A stretch of 64,000 nucleotides of DNA from Octopus sinensis (GCF_006345805.1 NC_042999.1:103664001-103728000), one strand, 5' to 3'. Numbered from the stretch's first letter, positions 39,289 through 53,927 are shown. Notes: generated from the sequence alone by a model not told the origin. A program made the numbers and translations.

Positions 39289-40716
39289 TGCATGTCTACG
39301 TATTATTCTTTTGCAGGAAGAGTGGTAACAGTTGCTTCGAAGTTTCGCCCTGCTAGTGTCAGATAGTTCGATGTCACTATCACCCCGCTTCTTATAAAAG
39401 TATAAATATGTATTTGTAACGGTGAAATTGATTTGTAAACAATATGATGATGATGTCGCAGTCAGCAGTAGTAACGATAAAAATTTGTTCTTATTACGGC
39501 ATGTAAGATGTGAAAGATGAACAATGCATAACGTTTTAAGGAAATATTTATTTACCGTTATGTTACAAATACCTTGCCTCGACGGGCAGGTTATGATAAA
39601 TCCAAAAGCATGCGAAGTAAAGTTTGTGTTTGTGTTCCCTTCCTAGTTTAGTAGTAACTGGGGAGAGAGATAGAATTATATTGTAAGAGAACAGAATTAG
39701 AGCTAATGAGAGAGAGTTGTAGGGTGTGGGATGTTGTCTCACTGTTGCTGACAGTAAACATCATTTCTCCATCGAACCAATGTTCTGGCTGATCAGCCAG
39801 ATTTCGTTGAGTCGTCACAGACTGTGACTAACTGATTTTTGCTTGGGGTGTGCTTGCTTATATAACCATCCAGAAGGCTAGATATATAATTGAGAACAAT
39901 AGATTTAGTTGGTGATCTTGTTATCTCTATTCTAGCTTTTGGTGAAGTAGAAGAGGTTAGAAAGGGTTAAGTGGTGAAGACATTATTTCGGCCTTGTTAA
40001 AGGCATCTGGAAAATGTAAAACTGATGTCCATCGTGGGAAAAGTTCTGTTGCACTGTTAATTTAAATTTGGCTGTGGTGGATCGAATCGACTTCATGCAT
40101 GCAAAATCCGCTACATATTCTACAAAAAATGTATTTAGTAATTCTCCAGTTTAATGTTAAATAGTTTTTATCATAACTCGACATATAAACAAACATATAT
40201 GCGTGTGTGAGAGTGCGTATATATATATGACTAGGTGTATCTATGTATGTATGCATGCATGCATGTATGTATGTATGTGTTTATTCATGGCTGTATGCAT
40301 GTATAGATTTATTTCGGATCTTGATGAATACGTTCTCTTTGGATTACACAAAAATGTATATTTTGCATACGTCATAGATATATTTTTAAAAATTATATGC
40401 CAGTTATTGTTCATCTAAACGAAACAAACTTTAGCGTAGGTTCTTTTTATGCATTGTTAATAAAGATTTCTTCTATGTGAAAATACGCAAGCACACGCAT
40501 TTATATACATTTATTCAAACATACATATACACATATGCACTGATGTATTGAATATATATAAACATACACATATTTATACATGTGTATATGCGTGAATATA
40601 CATACATGGGTGTATGTGTGTGTAATATATACATATATATAACTTCTCCTTCCACCCACGTTACAATATTAAAATAAATTTAACCCAAACCACAGCAACC
40701 ATATAGAGAGAGAGAT

Positions 40717-40759
<43 letters not shown>

Positions 40760-40766
40760 TAATATA

Positions 40767-40815
<49 letters not shown>

Positions 40816-40889
40816 GCATTACATATGCAGATGTACATATGTGTGTGTGTGTGTGTGTGTGTGTGTATTTATGTATGTATGTATGTATG

Positions 40890-40934
<45 letters not shown>

Positions 40935-41522
40935 TATATTATATATATATATTATATATATACATATATATATATATATGTATATGTATATGTATATATG
41001 CACTTATACACACACTACATACATACATACAATTACGTCGTGTGCTTGTTTCCATAGTTCAGAAACAAAGCAAATGCGAAGCAAAGATTCATTGAATTGA
41101 ATGAAAAAAGTTTTCTTTATCGATTTCTATAGTTTTGATTTATTAAAACGGAGCGAACAACCACTGTCGTCTGCTGTCAGTGTACATGAATGGAAAGACG
41201 GAAGTTTTCGTTATCGATTAGAAAATGACTTAATTCTATATTGTGAAACCCACACATATCAGACTCGTATTCATGCTACTGGCACGCACACACACACACA
41301 CACACATTAGATCTGTCTTTGTATTTTACAGTCTCTCTCTTTCTATTTCTTTCTTTCTCACCCCCTCTCTCTCTATCTCTAACTCTCTCTCCTGTCCGTT
41401 TATCTATTTCTCCTATCTGTTTATCTTTCGTTTTTTTATGTCATGTACCCATATATGCATGTATATATACATATATATATGTAGGTATGTACATATATGT
41501 ATGTATATAAGCATATATTTAC

Positions 41523-41590
<68 letters not shown>

Positions 41591-41774
41591 CTATATTAGA
41601 ACGTTGAACCCTGCACATTTTTTCTCTCCAGTTTTTCCTCTTAATTCTTTCTGTCGAAGAGCGTAGGCTCGAAACAAAAGACTGTTCCGAGCTTTAAACT
41701 AATGCACCTGCTTCTTGTTCCGAGACCTATCTTCGTCTTTCCTTTCTGTAAATTTGAACTATACGTACATATTC

Positions 41775-42185
41775 TTTTTCTTTTTTTATTCTTTTACTTG
41801 TTTCAGTCATTTGACTGCGGCCATGCAGGAGCACCGCCTTTAGTCGAGCAAATCGACCCCGGGACTTATTCTTTGCAAGCCCAGTACTTATTCTATCGGT
41901 CTCTTTTTGTCGAACTGCTAAGTGACGGGGATGTAAACACACAAGCATCGGTTGTCAAGCAATGCTAGGGGAACAAACACAGACACACAATCACACACAC
42001 ATACATATATATACATATATACGACAGGCTTCTTTCAGTTTCCGTCTACCAAATTCACTCACAAGGCATTGGTCGGCCCGAGGCTATAGCAGAAGACACT
42101 TGCCCAAGATGCCACGCAGTGGGACTGAACCCGGAACCATGTGGTTGGTTAGCAAGCTACTTACCACACAAGCCACTCCTGCGCC

Positions 42186-42186
<1 letters not shown>
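41775..42186 (-). mobile_element. Full-length tRNA-derived SINE
   Basis: Collinear with 27355-27756. Confidence 0.9.
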
Positions 42187-42253
<67 letters not shown>

Positions 42254-42384
42254 ATATAATACATATATATACATACATATATAATATGTATATATCTATA
42301 TACATACATATTATATATATTGTAATATGTATATATATATATATATATACGTATATATATACGTATATATGTATACATATATAC

Positions 42385-42415
<31 letters not shown>

Positions 42416-42430
42416 ATATATATATGTATG

Positions 42431-42484
<54 letters not shown>

Positions 42485-42569
42485 TATATATATTATATAT
42501 ATATATACATATATATATACACATAACATACGAAGAAATGACCCTACGCTTATCTAACACAAACCACTG

Positions 42570-45500
42570 ACAGATCTAGGGGACACAACTCCCCCGACCT
42601 GACCTCTTTTACACCCCAAAATAACTTTCAAACAACAATGAGGAATTCAGCCCACAATAGAAAATCTGGACGTAATTCTCAAGGCATCCTACATACAAAT
42701 CAAAGGCTCCGTCGAAACCTCCAGACTAACCTAAACTTTTGGGAACCAATATCTACCAATCTGCTCCCATTATCTCACAGTCAATGGAAGAATTTTCCTC
42801 CGAGACTTAACCCTCAACATGGTTACTTCAACCATTCAACTAGACACAACCTGACTAGACAACATAAATTCTCCTTCCACCCACGTTACAATATTAAAAT
42901 AAATTTAACCCAAACCACATCAACCATATATAATATAACAACCCTCAGTACAACCATAATCTAATCCACTACAGTCACTCCATCACAAACATACTACCAC
43001 AGATGCACTTTACACCCATTTTCTTCTCAGCAAACCAAACACAATACATACTTTCCACAACAATCCACTCACTACAATCATTTTTTAGACCTAAATCAGA
43101 GAAACAGAGATGTGAAATGGAACAAAATAGACAAGAACAACCGAAAATAATCAACTTATCAAAGAAAATCCTAAGTATTACACAAACTAAAATTCTAGTA
43201 AGAGGTTTAAAGTTTACTTCAACTCCTCGCAGATCGAACCCGAGTGAAATAAAGGATAACACTATGGATTTTTTGTGCGAAAATTACGCCTCACAGAAGC
43301 ACTTCACAACTACACCAGTGAAGATGACTCAATACTAAAAAACAAAAGTGAATACTTTCCTACGAAAGTCAGAAATAAAGCACTTGATGCTTTTTGTGAA
43401 CACATTACTAGTTTTCCTTTTAATACCCTACAAAAATAACAAATTAAATCCAACCTTAATGTAAATGAATAGAAAGACCTAATCGAGTTAGAAAAATTAT
43501 ATAAACCTCACCAATAAAGAAGCCGATAAAGGAAGTGCAGTAGTGGTGATGGACACAGAGTACTACAAAAAGTTAATACTCTCCATGTTGGAAAATAATA
43601 TTTACTATGAGAAGATAGTACAATACAGCGCACAGAAGACACTTAAAAACTTATCCTCCTTACTTCAAATACATGGAAAGGGCCTCACTAAACACGAAAT
43701 AGACTATTTATCCAATTTTAAATACAGACCAATTTTGAATGCAGGTAATTCTACGGATTATCTATAATACACTAAAATCTACATATTTGCAAAGCTTGCA
43801 AAGTTTCTCCAAGCCTGTGCATTAATGTTCCTCCCCCTACTGACCTCAAACTGAGACCCATCATTGCTGACCCTGCTTGTGAAACCCACCGTTTGATCAA
43901 CTTCCTCGACATCTTACTCAAACCGTTTCTAAAATATGTGAAAAGCTTCATCAGGGATGACATGCTGAACCACCTCCCGAAGACAATAAATGAAGGAACC
44001 CTGTTAGTATCATTCGATGTGGTGAATTTGTACACCAATATCCCACACGATTATGGTATAGAAGCAATCACGTTCTGGCTAGAAAATTACCCAGAAGAGA
44101 TCCCAGGACGCATTAACCACAGATTCATAATCGAAGCACTCAAATTAATCCTACTGAACAACTATTTCATGTTCGATACAGTTTACTATCGACAAAAATG
44201 TTGAATTGCAATGGGAACCCGAGCTGCTCCAGTGATTGCGAACTTTGTAATGGGTTACCTAGAGCTTAAAATGTATCAATCATCACTACAAAAATATGGC
44301 ACCTCATTTCATTGCTATTTAAAGAAGAACTAGAAGAGCTATTTGGACAATTGCTTTATACTTTGGAAAGACAGCATGGACAAACTCCTCGATTTCAAAA
44401 TAATGCTTAACAATATTAATAGCAACATACAATTCACCATGGAGCACAGCAATAAACAACTCCCTTTTCTTGACATCCTAATTAAAATAGTCAATAACCA
44501 CATCGAAACAGACATCTATAAACCCACAGATTCCAAACAATACCTATTATTCAACTCATGCCACCCCAAACACATAAAAATGAATATACCTTATAATCTA
44601 GCAAAAGGAATATGTACCATAGTTTCGGACACCTATACTCGTGAACGAAGATTCCTTGAACTCAGATCAATACTAATCAAAACACATTACCCAATATCAT
44701 TAATAAATGATGGCACTAAACGAGCCATGGAAATAGATATACAAACATTAAGAGAAGTCAACCGAAATACTAAACCAGACTTAAAAATACTCCCATACAT
44801 TTCATACACAACCATAGAAACAACGAAGCCTTCAACATTATCATCCAAAATCGTCCCATCCTCACAGGAGATAAAACAATGAACAAAATTTTAGGCTCAC
44901 AAAATTATCAAGAGCAAAAAGCAACCTAAATCATTGAAAAAATATTAACCAGCGCAAGACTATATCCATTAACAGCAGAACAAAAAGTGAAAAAATGTGG
45001 TCGACCTAACTGTGGTACATGCCCTACTTTTTGGAGGGTTCAGAATTCCACTTTAAACAAGGTGAAATATTTAAGATAAAATCAAATTTCACCTGTGCCT
45101 CGGAAAATCTAATCTATGCCCTTACATGCTTAGAGTGTGGTAATAATTATATTGGCCGAACAGGAATATCACTCCGTCGAAGACCCACTCTCCACAAAGA
45201 ACAAATCCGCCACCCACAATACAGACAGATACAGGTTAGTGAACACATAGAAATGTGTGCTAGGAATCTTAATCCTAATTTCATAATTCCAATTCAATAT
45301 GAACACATAACATGATACAGAACACTACTAACCTTTCAATTAATACCACTAACCCTCATACATCCCATACACCATTCATATTACAGATCTATATCTACCC
45401 TAATTGCACCAAATCCAGAACTGCTTACCTCCCTTACACATAATCGTTTTACTCGGGGACTAGTAGACCTTACACCGTTCATTAATCAGTGTACATTCAA

Positions 45501-45600
45501 AGCAATGATTAGTAAATTCACGCAACCGGTATGCTTTTGAATCTCTTTAACAATTCACAATAATGACTTTTATTACTTTTATTCCTACCTCAGTTCATCT
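42570..45600 (+). mobile_element. Near full-length Penelope-like retroelement (RT + C-x4-C-x2-C linker + GIY-YIG), inactivated
   Basis: ADKG, LRPIIA, SFDVVNLYTNIP, AMGTRAAP, YLDN (YxDD motif altered), FLDI, HPKHIK, CGRPNCGTC and LIYALTC...NYIGRTG. Multiple stops and frameshifts. Confidence 0.92.
45496..45541 (+). ncRNA. Hammerhead-like motif with A3/U8 and C13
   Basis: ttc-aaagca-ATGATTA-GT-aaattc-AC-GCAA-C-cg-GTA-tgcttt-t-gaa. Stems I-III pair and stem III is ACCGGT. Located at the 3' end of the PLE. Confidence 0.6.
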
Positions 45601-45743
45601 AATTGTATATATCTATCGCTACTTTTCATAAAAAGCCTTTACTTTTTTTGATTTTCAATGTGCATTTTCGCATATTTTTCTTCTTATTTTCCCCTTACAT
45701 TTCCACGTGTAGTTTCTATTTTCTTTTTGTAATATATTTCTAT

Positions 45744-45775
<32 letters not shown>

Positions 45776-45793
45776 TGTATGTATGTATGTATG

Positions 45794-45844
<51 letters not shown>

Positions 45845-45868
45845 TGTGTATATATATATGTATGTATG

Positions 45869-45904
<36 letters not shown>

Positions 45905-45919
45905 ACATAAACATATGTC

Positions 45920-45968
<49 letters not shown>

Positions 45969-47124
45969 ATATGTATGTATATATATATATATACAGACTC
46001 AAAAATATTCTTACGTAATGGAGTACAACACATACAATCTCAGAGAGATTTTATATATTACGCTTTTCAAATACTGTTGTTGAACGTAAGCTAAAACATC
46101 GTAAAACTACGCAAATGACAGAAACAAATGCAAAATATCACGCACAATCACATCATAATACTGCAAACACATAATAAGCACACACACACATACATGCGTA
46201 GTTGTATCTACATACACACATATTTAGATACTTACCTATATACATACATTTTTGCTCGATTGATGTAAAAAGACATTAAAGTCAAAATACGAAACATCAT
46301 TTCTTAAAACAATAGTAACACGTTAGACATTTTCAATGTTTTCATTTACACACAGGAGCATACAGACTCATAAACACACACACACGTATGTGTGCGTGTG
46401 TGCACATAGATGTATATAAATACATATATAATATGTATACACACATATTTATATACAAGTATACATACATATATAAACTATAAATATAGTGAAATCTCAA
46501 GAACTCACCTAAACGTGACACACGAAAGCATTATATGAATAGCATACAAACAAAAACACTGTTTACAAACAAACATTTACAAACACAAAAGAATATGCAC
46601 GGATCACACGTCGCACATATTGCATTTAAAATAGTATGTAGATATGATATAGCATAAAATGTTAATGTGTCAATCACAATAACTTAGCAACGATCTAGAA
46701 AACTTCAACATACCTCCCTGCAAACATTTAACACATAAAATCGTTATATGGCATACATCATTTCAAACATAGCAACAGATTACCAAATCGTCAGAAAAGT
46801 TAGGCGTAAGCAACTTAAATACAGTACCTACAGCAAACAAAGTACAGGCGTGAGTGAGTTGTACTGACTTTCTGAACTTCTCAATTGCCGCGTTAGTCTG
46901 AGTTCGATTCCACTGTGTGGTACCCTGTGTGAATATCTTCGCTCATAGCTTTGCGTTGATCAATGCTTTTATAATATCAATTTCGTACACGAAAGACGGG
47001 TGAAGTCTGTCAAGGATATATATATTCAGGTGAGTGTGCATGTGTAAATACACACATACATACATACATGCATACATACATACATACATACATATGTATA
47101 TATTTATATATATACACATAGTAT

Positions 47125-47430
47125 AGTGCTAAGCCAACCAAAATCTCGTGAGTGGATTCGGGAGACGGAAACTGAAAGAAGTCCGTCATATGTGTGTGTG
47201 TGTGTGTGCGTGTGTTTCTTAGTCTCTTTGTGTTTGTTCATCATCACCGACTGACAACCGATGTTGGAGTGTTTGCATCCCGCATACTAGCGGTTCAGCA
47301 AAATGAGATCGATAGAATATTCCCAGGCTTAAAAAAGAATAAGTACTGGTGTCGATTTGTTTGAGAAAACCTTTTAAAATGGTGTCCTAGCATGGCCGCA
47401 GTCCAATGACTGAAACTAGTAAAGGATAAA
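47125..47430 (+). mobile_element. SINE, 5'-truncated
   Basis: gtgagtggattcgggagacggaaactgaaagaag...catggccgcagtccaatgactgaaac. Confidence 0.7.
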
Positions 47431-48348
47431 ATATATCAATTCATATTTCTAGTAATGTGAACAACTCTTTCAAGGGTATATGAGTTAGTGTCCTTTAACT
47501 GACTCTAATGTTGATCTTGGAGAAACCAGAAAGAACTAATTTTTAGATGGAGGAAGAACAAAATTTTAATATGGGATTAAAGCAGATTAAAACGCTATCA
47601 GTTGATGGGGAAGGACATAATGTTGATAGGGCACGGAGAATATGGGTGTAGCTAGAATAAAATAGAAAAATAAAATATAGAAAAAAAGAAAATGTAAGAC
47701 GAATTAAATGTAAATTGAAACAATATCAGACGTCACCGCATTGATGTAGTTTTATTTGGATGGAAGTTGTGATTCTTAGTTGTGTAATGGGATTTTTCAA
47801 AGTGTTTGCCTTCCACAAATACCTTTAATTTGGTATCTAAATTGAAGTCCCTTCATAACAAAGTCTATTTTTACGCAGCTCAGAACTTTGTAGCTAACGC
47901 AGGCACTTTGAGAAGCGCTTTTTATGCAACTGGGAAACACCACCTTCACCCAACTAAAGACACATACAAGTAAGGATATATGATAATGCTTCGTATTAAA
48001 CTTTCTTCATCTTGTGATTTCTTCTTTACACTCTTCTGCTTTACTTGTTTGTTTTGTTTTTTTCTTACAACACCCATCTTCATATTTTATCACCGATATT
48101 ATATTCCTCCAATGGCCGTGTTTTAATCTCCCTTAATGCCATATAACATTTTGTTTTCCGATAAATCCTTGCGTCTAATATATTTATTCCGCCTGATTGG
48201 AACAATTTCTCGCTTATCACTTTGCCATCGGAAATGCGATAAACTAGTGACTGACCTGTTGAAAAGAACAGCTTCACCGTTTACCAAGACATAATACTAC
48301 AAAAATAACAAAGAAATAGACAAACGTATGCTGGTGCACAATTTCTTC

Positions 48349-48393
<45 letters not shown>

Positions 48394-48839
48394 CTCTAAA
48401 ACAAGTAATATATATAAATATATATACGAAGCAATATACAAACATAAGCAAGTATCTTCATGGAATATAGTTTCTCAGATATGTTAAGACGTACATATTT
48501 TTCAATTTTCGTGATGTTTACATTTCCTATAAGTTTTACTATAAGTTTTGTATCGTACAAGACGGAACAAATTCAGAAAGAATTAAGCGAGTGATTCTGA
48601 TTGGCTAGAATAAAAGATAAATATGTAAAAGAAATCGACAGGAAATTACATTTTCCTTTTTATTTTAATTAAAACTCTTATATTAACTAATTAATGGTTT
48701 GTTGTTTTACAAACGAAATAAATAATATTCGAGATCTTCGTTAATATAGTTCTTTATTCAAAAAAGGAAACAGAGAAAAATTATACAAATTGAAAATAAG
48801 ATTAGATATCATGATTTAGTTTTTAATATATAACTATAT

Positions 48840-49000
48840 TAGGTCGACAAGCTGGCAGAATCGTTAACACGCCGGGCAAAATGCTTAGTAGTATATTTCG
48901 TCTGACGTTACATTCTGAGTTCAAATTCCACCGAAGTCAACTTTGCCTTTCATCCTTTCGGGAGCGATTAAATAAGTACGAGTTACGCACTGCGTGCGTG
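48840..49000 (+). mobile_element. tRNA-derived SINE (second family)
   Basis: gctggcagaatcgttaacacgccgggc...ctGAGTTCAAATTCC. Confidence 0.75.
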
Positions 49001-50193
49001 CGTGATCTTTCTTTAGAGAGAGTTCAGGCCAGTTGCTGACTAAGCAACAAGAAATTTAAAGTTAAGAGTGTCCCCTTGTGTTTGTAAATATGTGGTTGAA
49101 TTGGAATGCTGGTTCAATAGTTTATGCATACACCCAAGTATGTGCATCTGTTTCTAATAAGATTCTCAGATAGAGAATTTTAAAAATGTTTTGCATATCT
49201 TCACTGTGCCACTTATAGATTGGATTTGGAAAATCAGCGTCAGTTTTTTTTTTTTTTTGCTCTTTCTCCATGCTTTTTTTTAGTACATAACCTAATGATA
49301 ATAGTACATAGCCTAATGATGATAAGTACAAATAAGAATTCATACTCTGGGTATTAGAGTTCTGCATTAGCTTTCCTTAGACGTCCCATTTTTCCTGGAC
49401 TTTTCATTGTATATTCACATGTGCTTGGCAGCTGACCTTTACAATAGTGCATGGCTTTTGTTCCTGGTCCCACAGAACAATATCAGATTTGTTATACTTG
49501 CACCGAATTTATGCTTTACTTGCGGTGTTCCACTACTATTCTTTCTTTTTAGAAGTGTGAATACCTCCTAGTTCTCACATGCCCTTGATGTATACGTCAG
49601 GGCAGTCCTTTCTGCAGATAGCATTGTAAATAGTCTTTGGAATCATATACCTCAAGGTCGATAAAATAAGTACCAGCTGAATAATGGAGTCGACATAATC
49701 GACTTAGCCCCTCACTTAGAATTGCTGGCCTTGTGCCAAAATTTGAGACCAGTATATAGTAAATACACGCACACACAAACCACACGCATATATAGCTACT
49801 CACACACACGTACATACATACATACATAATAAATATATATATATATACATATATACATATACGTGCATACATATATATATATAGATATACATAAATACAT
49901 ATATATACATATATATACATCTATAGATATATACATGCATATGTATATATATATATACATATACTTGCATACACATATGTATGTATGTATATGTATGTAT
50001 ATATTTCTACATACAAATATATATTTTTATATATGTATATACATTCATGTATACAAACCTACATATACATATATACATGTACATACATATATATGTGTGT
50101 GTATATATATATATATATATTATATATATATATATATAATATATATATATATATATTATTGCGTTTAGTCATTATTACCAGATAAAAACGAAG

Positions 50194-50225
<32 letters not shown>

Positions 50226-50228
50226 GAG

Positions 50229-50285
<57 letters not shown>

Positions 50286-50682
50286 TATATATATCTACGT
50301 ATATATACAACATAAGAAAGAGGAACTAAAATTTCGTTTCCTTAAACATGCTACAATGATAAATCCTTTTCTGAAAGCCTATAAAAAGGTGAGCTGTATT
50401 CATACCGTTTGAGAAGCTGCTACGTAATTATAATCATAGCATGATGCATTCCACTGCTATATAACAGTCCCATTAATATTGATAAACTGACTTTTAGTTG
50501 TACCTAGGGTTTATAGGCTTTTTTATAGACTTTTTTTTAGGGAATCTTGCACACATACAAAGTCACACGCACGCACACACAACACGTACACATGTATATA
50601 CACGGACAAACGCACAAACAGAACACATATTGTTGATAATCTACACTCACACAGTCACGTACGTACGTATGTAAATATATAC

Positions 50683-50715
<33 letters not shown>

Positions 50716-50903
50716 TGTATGTATGTATTTATACATGCATGCACACACATATAATTATATATCTATATATTATATACTCGTATACATGCATGCATAAATC
50801 TCTATATCATATATTGATATAATATATAAATATACTTATATAAATTCATATATATATATACATATATATTTAAATATATGAACACATATATATACACATA
50901 TAC

Positions 50904-50949
<46 letters not shown>

Positions 50950-51384
50950 ATATATATTTATTCATTTATTTATACACACATACCTACAAACACTGAGACA
51001 CACATAGACACTAATGAATATGCATATTGTTATATGTATACATATATGCCTTTGTGTGTGTGTGTGATGCGTTTGTATGTGTATATTTCTATAGAAACGC
51101 ACCACACACACACACAAAGCATATATATATACATGCTTTCACAAACGCCCACATGATGTGTGTGCGTGTACGTGCATCTGTGTGTGTCTGTACGTGAAAA
51201 TTTATGTGCATATATCTATATATAGATATATGTATATAAGTGTATGTATATATGTATGAATATAAATGTGTGTATGTGTGTATGCATATAAATGCATGTA
51301 TGTTTATATACATATATAAGAGATACCTCTACTTTCCACATAACCTACCAAATTCTCAATTAATCTCAAATTAAGTGAGAATTA

Positions 51385-52643
51385 CGAGGGGCGTTCAATA
51401 AGTAATGCCCCTGACCCACTTCCCATAGCAGTAGAGCAATGAAACTTAGCACAGTTATTAGTCTTTTTCTACATAGGAACCACCCAGAGTTACGCATTTC
51501 TTCCATTGTTTGATGCAGCTCTGGAGACCGTTTTTATAGAAGACCCAAGCTTGGTCCTCCAACCACGATGTGACTTCAGAAATCAAGGCTGCATCATATG
51601 GGAAACGCTTTCCTTTCAAAAACAACTTCATGGCTGGGAAGAGGTGAAAATCAGAGGGTGCAAGGAGTTCATAGCCGCACGCCTGTGCTTCTGATCTGGC
51701 GACACGCGAGTTGTGGACCGGAGCGTTGTCCTGCCGGAGGAGGATGCCTTTGCTGATCTTGCCCCGCCTCTTGATTTTGATATCTTCTCTTAATTTCCTC
51801 AAAAGTGAAGCATAATAGGCTCCTGTAATTATGGTACCCTTTGCCAGGAAATCTGTCATCACTCCTCTGTCCTGGTTCCAGAAGACTGTGAGCATGACCT
51901 TGCCAGCGGAGGGCTGCACCCTTGCCTTCTTTGGAGGAGGTGAGTCACGGTGCTTCCACTGCATTGACTGGGCTTTGGTCTCTGGATCATAGTGATGGAC
52001 CCAGGTTTCATCCTGTGTAATCAGTCTTTTGAAAAATTTTGACGCATCTTCTTGGCACATCTCCAAATTTATCCTCGAGCACTCGACGCGTTCTTGCTTC
52101 TGGAAAGGTGTAAGCAACCTGGGAATCCATCTGGCAGACACCTTTTGCATATGCAAATGGTCATGAATGATAGTTTCCACAGACATGGTACTAATCTTGA
52201 GCTCATGGGTTATTTGGCGAATAGTTATGTGTCGATCTTCCAAAATTAAAGCCTCAACTTGACGGACAGATGCCTCATCAATGGCAGAAGGGGGGGCGAC
52301 CAGATCTGGGAGCTGTTTCCACAGAATTCCGACCATGTTTGAATTCACGATGCCAGCGTTTTACAAGGTCATATAATGGGTCATCATCACCATAAGTTAC
52401 TTTCATTTCATCAAAAGTCTCCCGGGGTGTGCGTCCTTCAAATACAAAAATTGGATCACTGGTCGACACTCAACAGGCTCCATTTCACACTTGACTCAGT
52501 TCAAACACCTGTAAATCAGAAACCACAATTATTTCAGAGCTGTAATTTGTCACTTAATCTATAGAGATATACATAATTACACATGCAAAATTTCAGCTAG
52601 ATCAAACAACTGCAAGTGGGCCAGGGGCATTACTTATTGAACG
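51385..52643 (-). mobile_element. Second copy of the same mariner family, pseudogenised
   Basis: Left TIR intact after TA. Right TIR lacks the terminal 7 nt. Frameshift near 52290. In-frame 27-nt deletion removes PHPPYFPDL between AGG microhomologies. Confidence 0.93.
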
Positions 52644-52753
52644 TAATAATTCATTTCCGATGGAATCATTTTCTTAGGAATTGTTGCGCACCATTCATTT
52701 AACGCATGTACAACCACACACACACACACTCACAAACATGCGTGAACATATAT

Positions 52754-52821
<68 letters not shown>

Positions 52822-52825
52822 TATA

Positions 52826-53105
52826 TCACCGTGACCGATCAGGTTATCAGATGTTGCTACACATCGCTGGTCACAATGCGCTTCGCATTGTTTTAGCCTT
52901 CAAAAGACGCCACCCCGTTGGCTAAGCAAGTGAGAGAAAGTTGTGGCGAAAGAGTATAGCAGGGATGGCCACCACCCCCTGCCGGAGCCTCGTGGATCTT
53001 CACGTATTTTCGCTCAATAAATATTCACAACGCCCGATCTGGGAATCGAAACCGCGATCCTACGACCGCGAGCCCACTGCCCTAACCACTGGGCCATTGC
53101 GCCTC

Positions 53106-53108
<3 letters not shown>
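52826..53108 (-). mobile_element. tRNA-derived SINE with intact A and B boxes
   Basis: Minus-strand head gtggaggcgcaaTGGCCCAGTGGttagg...GGTTTCGATTCC. Confidence 0.8.
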
Positions 53109-53154
<46 letters not shown>

Positions 53155-53684
53155 TTGAAAATATGTATGTATGTATATATCATACATACATATTTATGAC
53201 TAAATCATTCTTCATAGCCTAATGGTCCCTAAAAGGTAGCATGTGTCTCATACGCTGTATAATTAAACCACACCAACATGATGCATGTGTAAAGAAACTG
53301 AAAGACATTTCTGAAAAGAAACTCTCGCACGGCAATCTTATGTGAATTTGTAATGATGCAATACGGCAATACTGACATGCAAATAGAATATGGAGATGAG
53401 AAAATCATCCTAGATATATGAATATTAATATGGACCTTTACAACATAATAATTACAACTGAAAGACAATGAAGAACTAATAATATGTTTAACATATGGCT
53501 ATAAATATTTCGGGGAAAGGAAGTCCTGTTATATCAAATGCAATTGTTCACGAATTTTAAATTTAGTGACTCAGAGTCGTGTCACAATCTAAATACACGT
53601 GACAAAATCCACCAAAGCATCTTGTCCGAGCTATAACGATTTTATGAGCCAACACTTTATGTAATAGTAATAATAATCTTTTCT

Positions 53685-53850
53685 TCTATAGTCACAAGAC
53701 CTGGATTTTTGTGAGGAGATGGACAATCGATCAAATCTACCCCAGTACGCACTGGTACTTTATTTTTCGGCCCCGAAAGGATGAAAGGCAAAATCGACCC
53801 CGGCGGTATTTGAACTCAGAGTGTTAAGACGGTTCTGCCAGCAAGCCACC
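53685..53850 (-). mobile_element. SINE (second family), internally deleted
   Basis: Reverse complement of the 48840 family (ctGAGTTCAAATACC...). Confidence 0.65.

Positions 53851-53923
<73 letters not shown>

Positions 53924-53927
<4 letters not shown>

Noticed and set aside
47879-47969. AG...GT-bounded open segment as a candidate next nAChR exon
   Set aside because: The translation (AQNFVANAGTLRSAFY...) has no TM3 similarity. The expected next exon should begin with a hydrophobic G-x-Y TM3 segment.
48455-48512. Minus-strand TTGAAAA-ATATGT/ACATAT...GAAACTATATTC hammerhead-like string
   Set aside because: Four extra nt before GAAA, mismatched stem III and no stem I.
53030-53108. tRNA-like sequence with A and B boxes
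   Set aside because: It continues into a SINE body and lacks a complete acceptor stem. It is a SINE head, not a tRNA gene, and the same applies to the other SINE heads.
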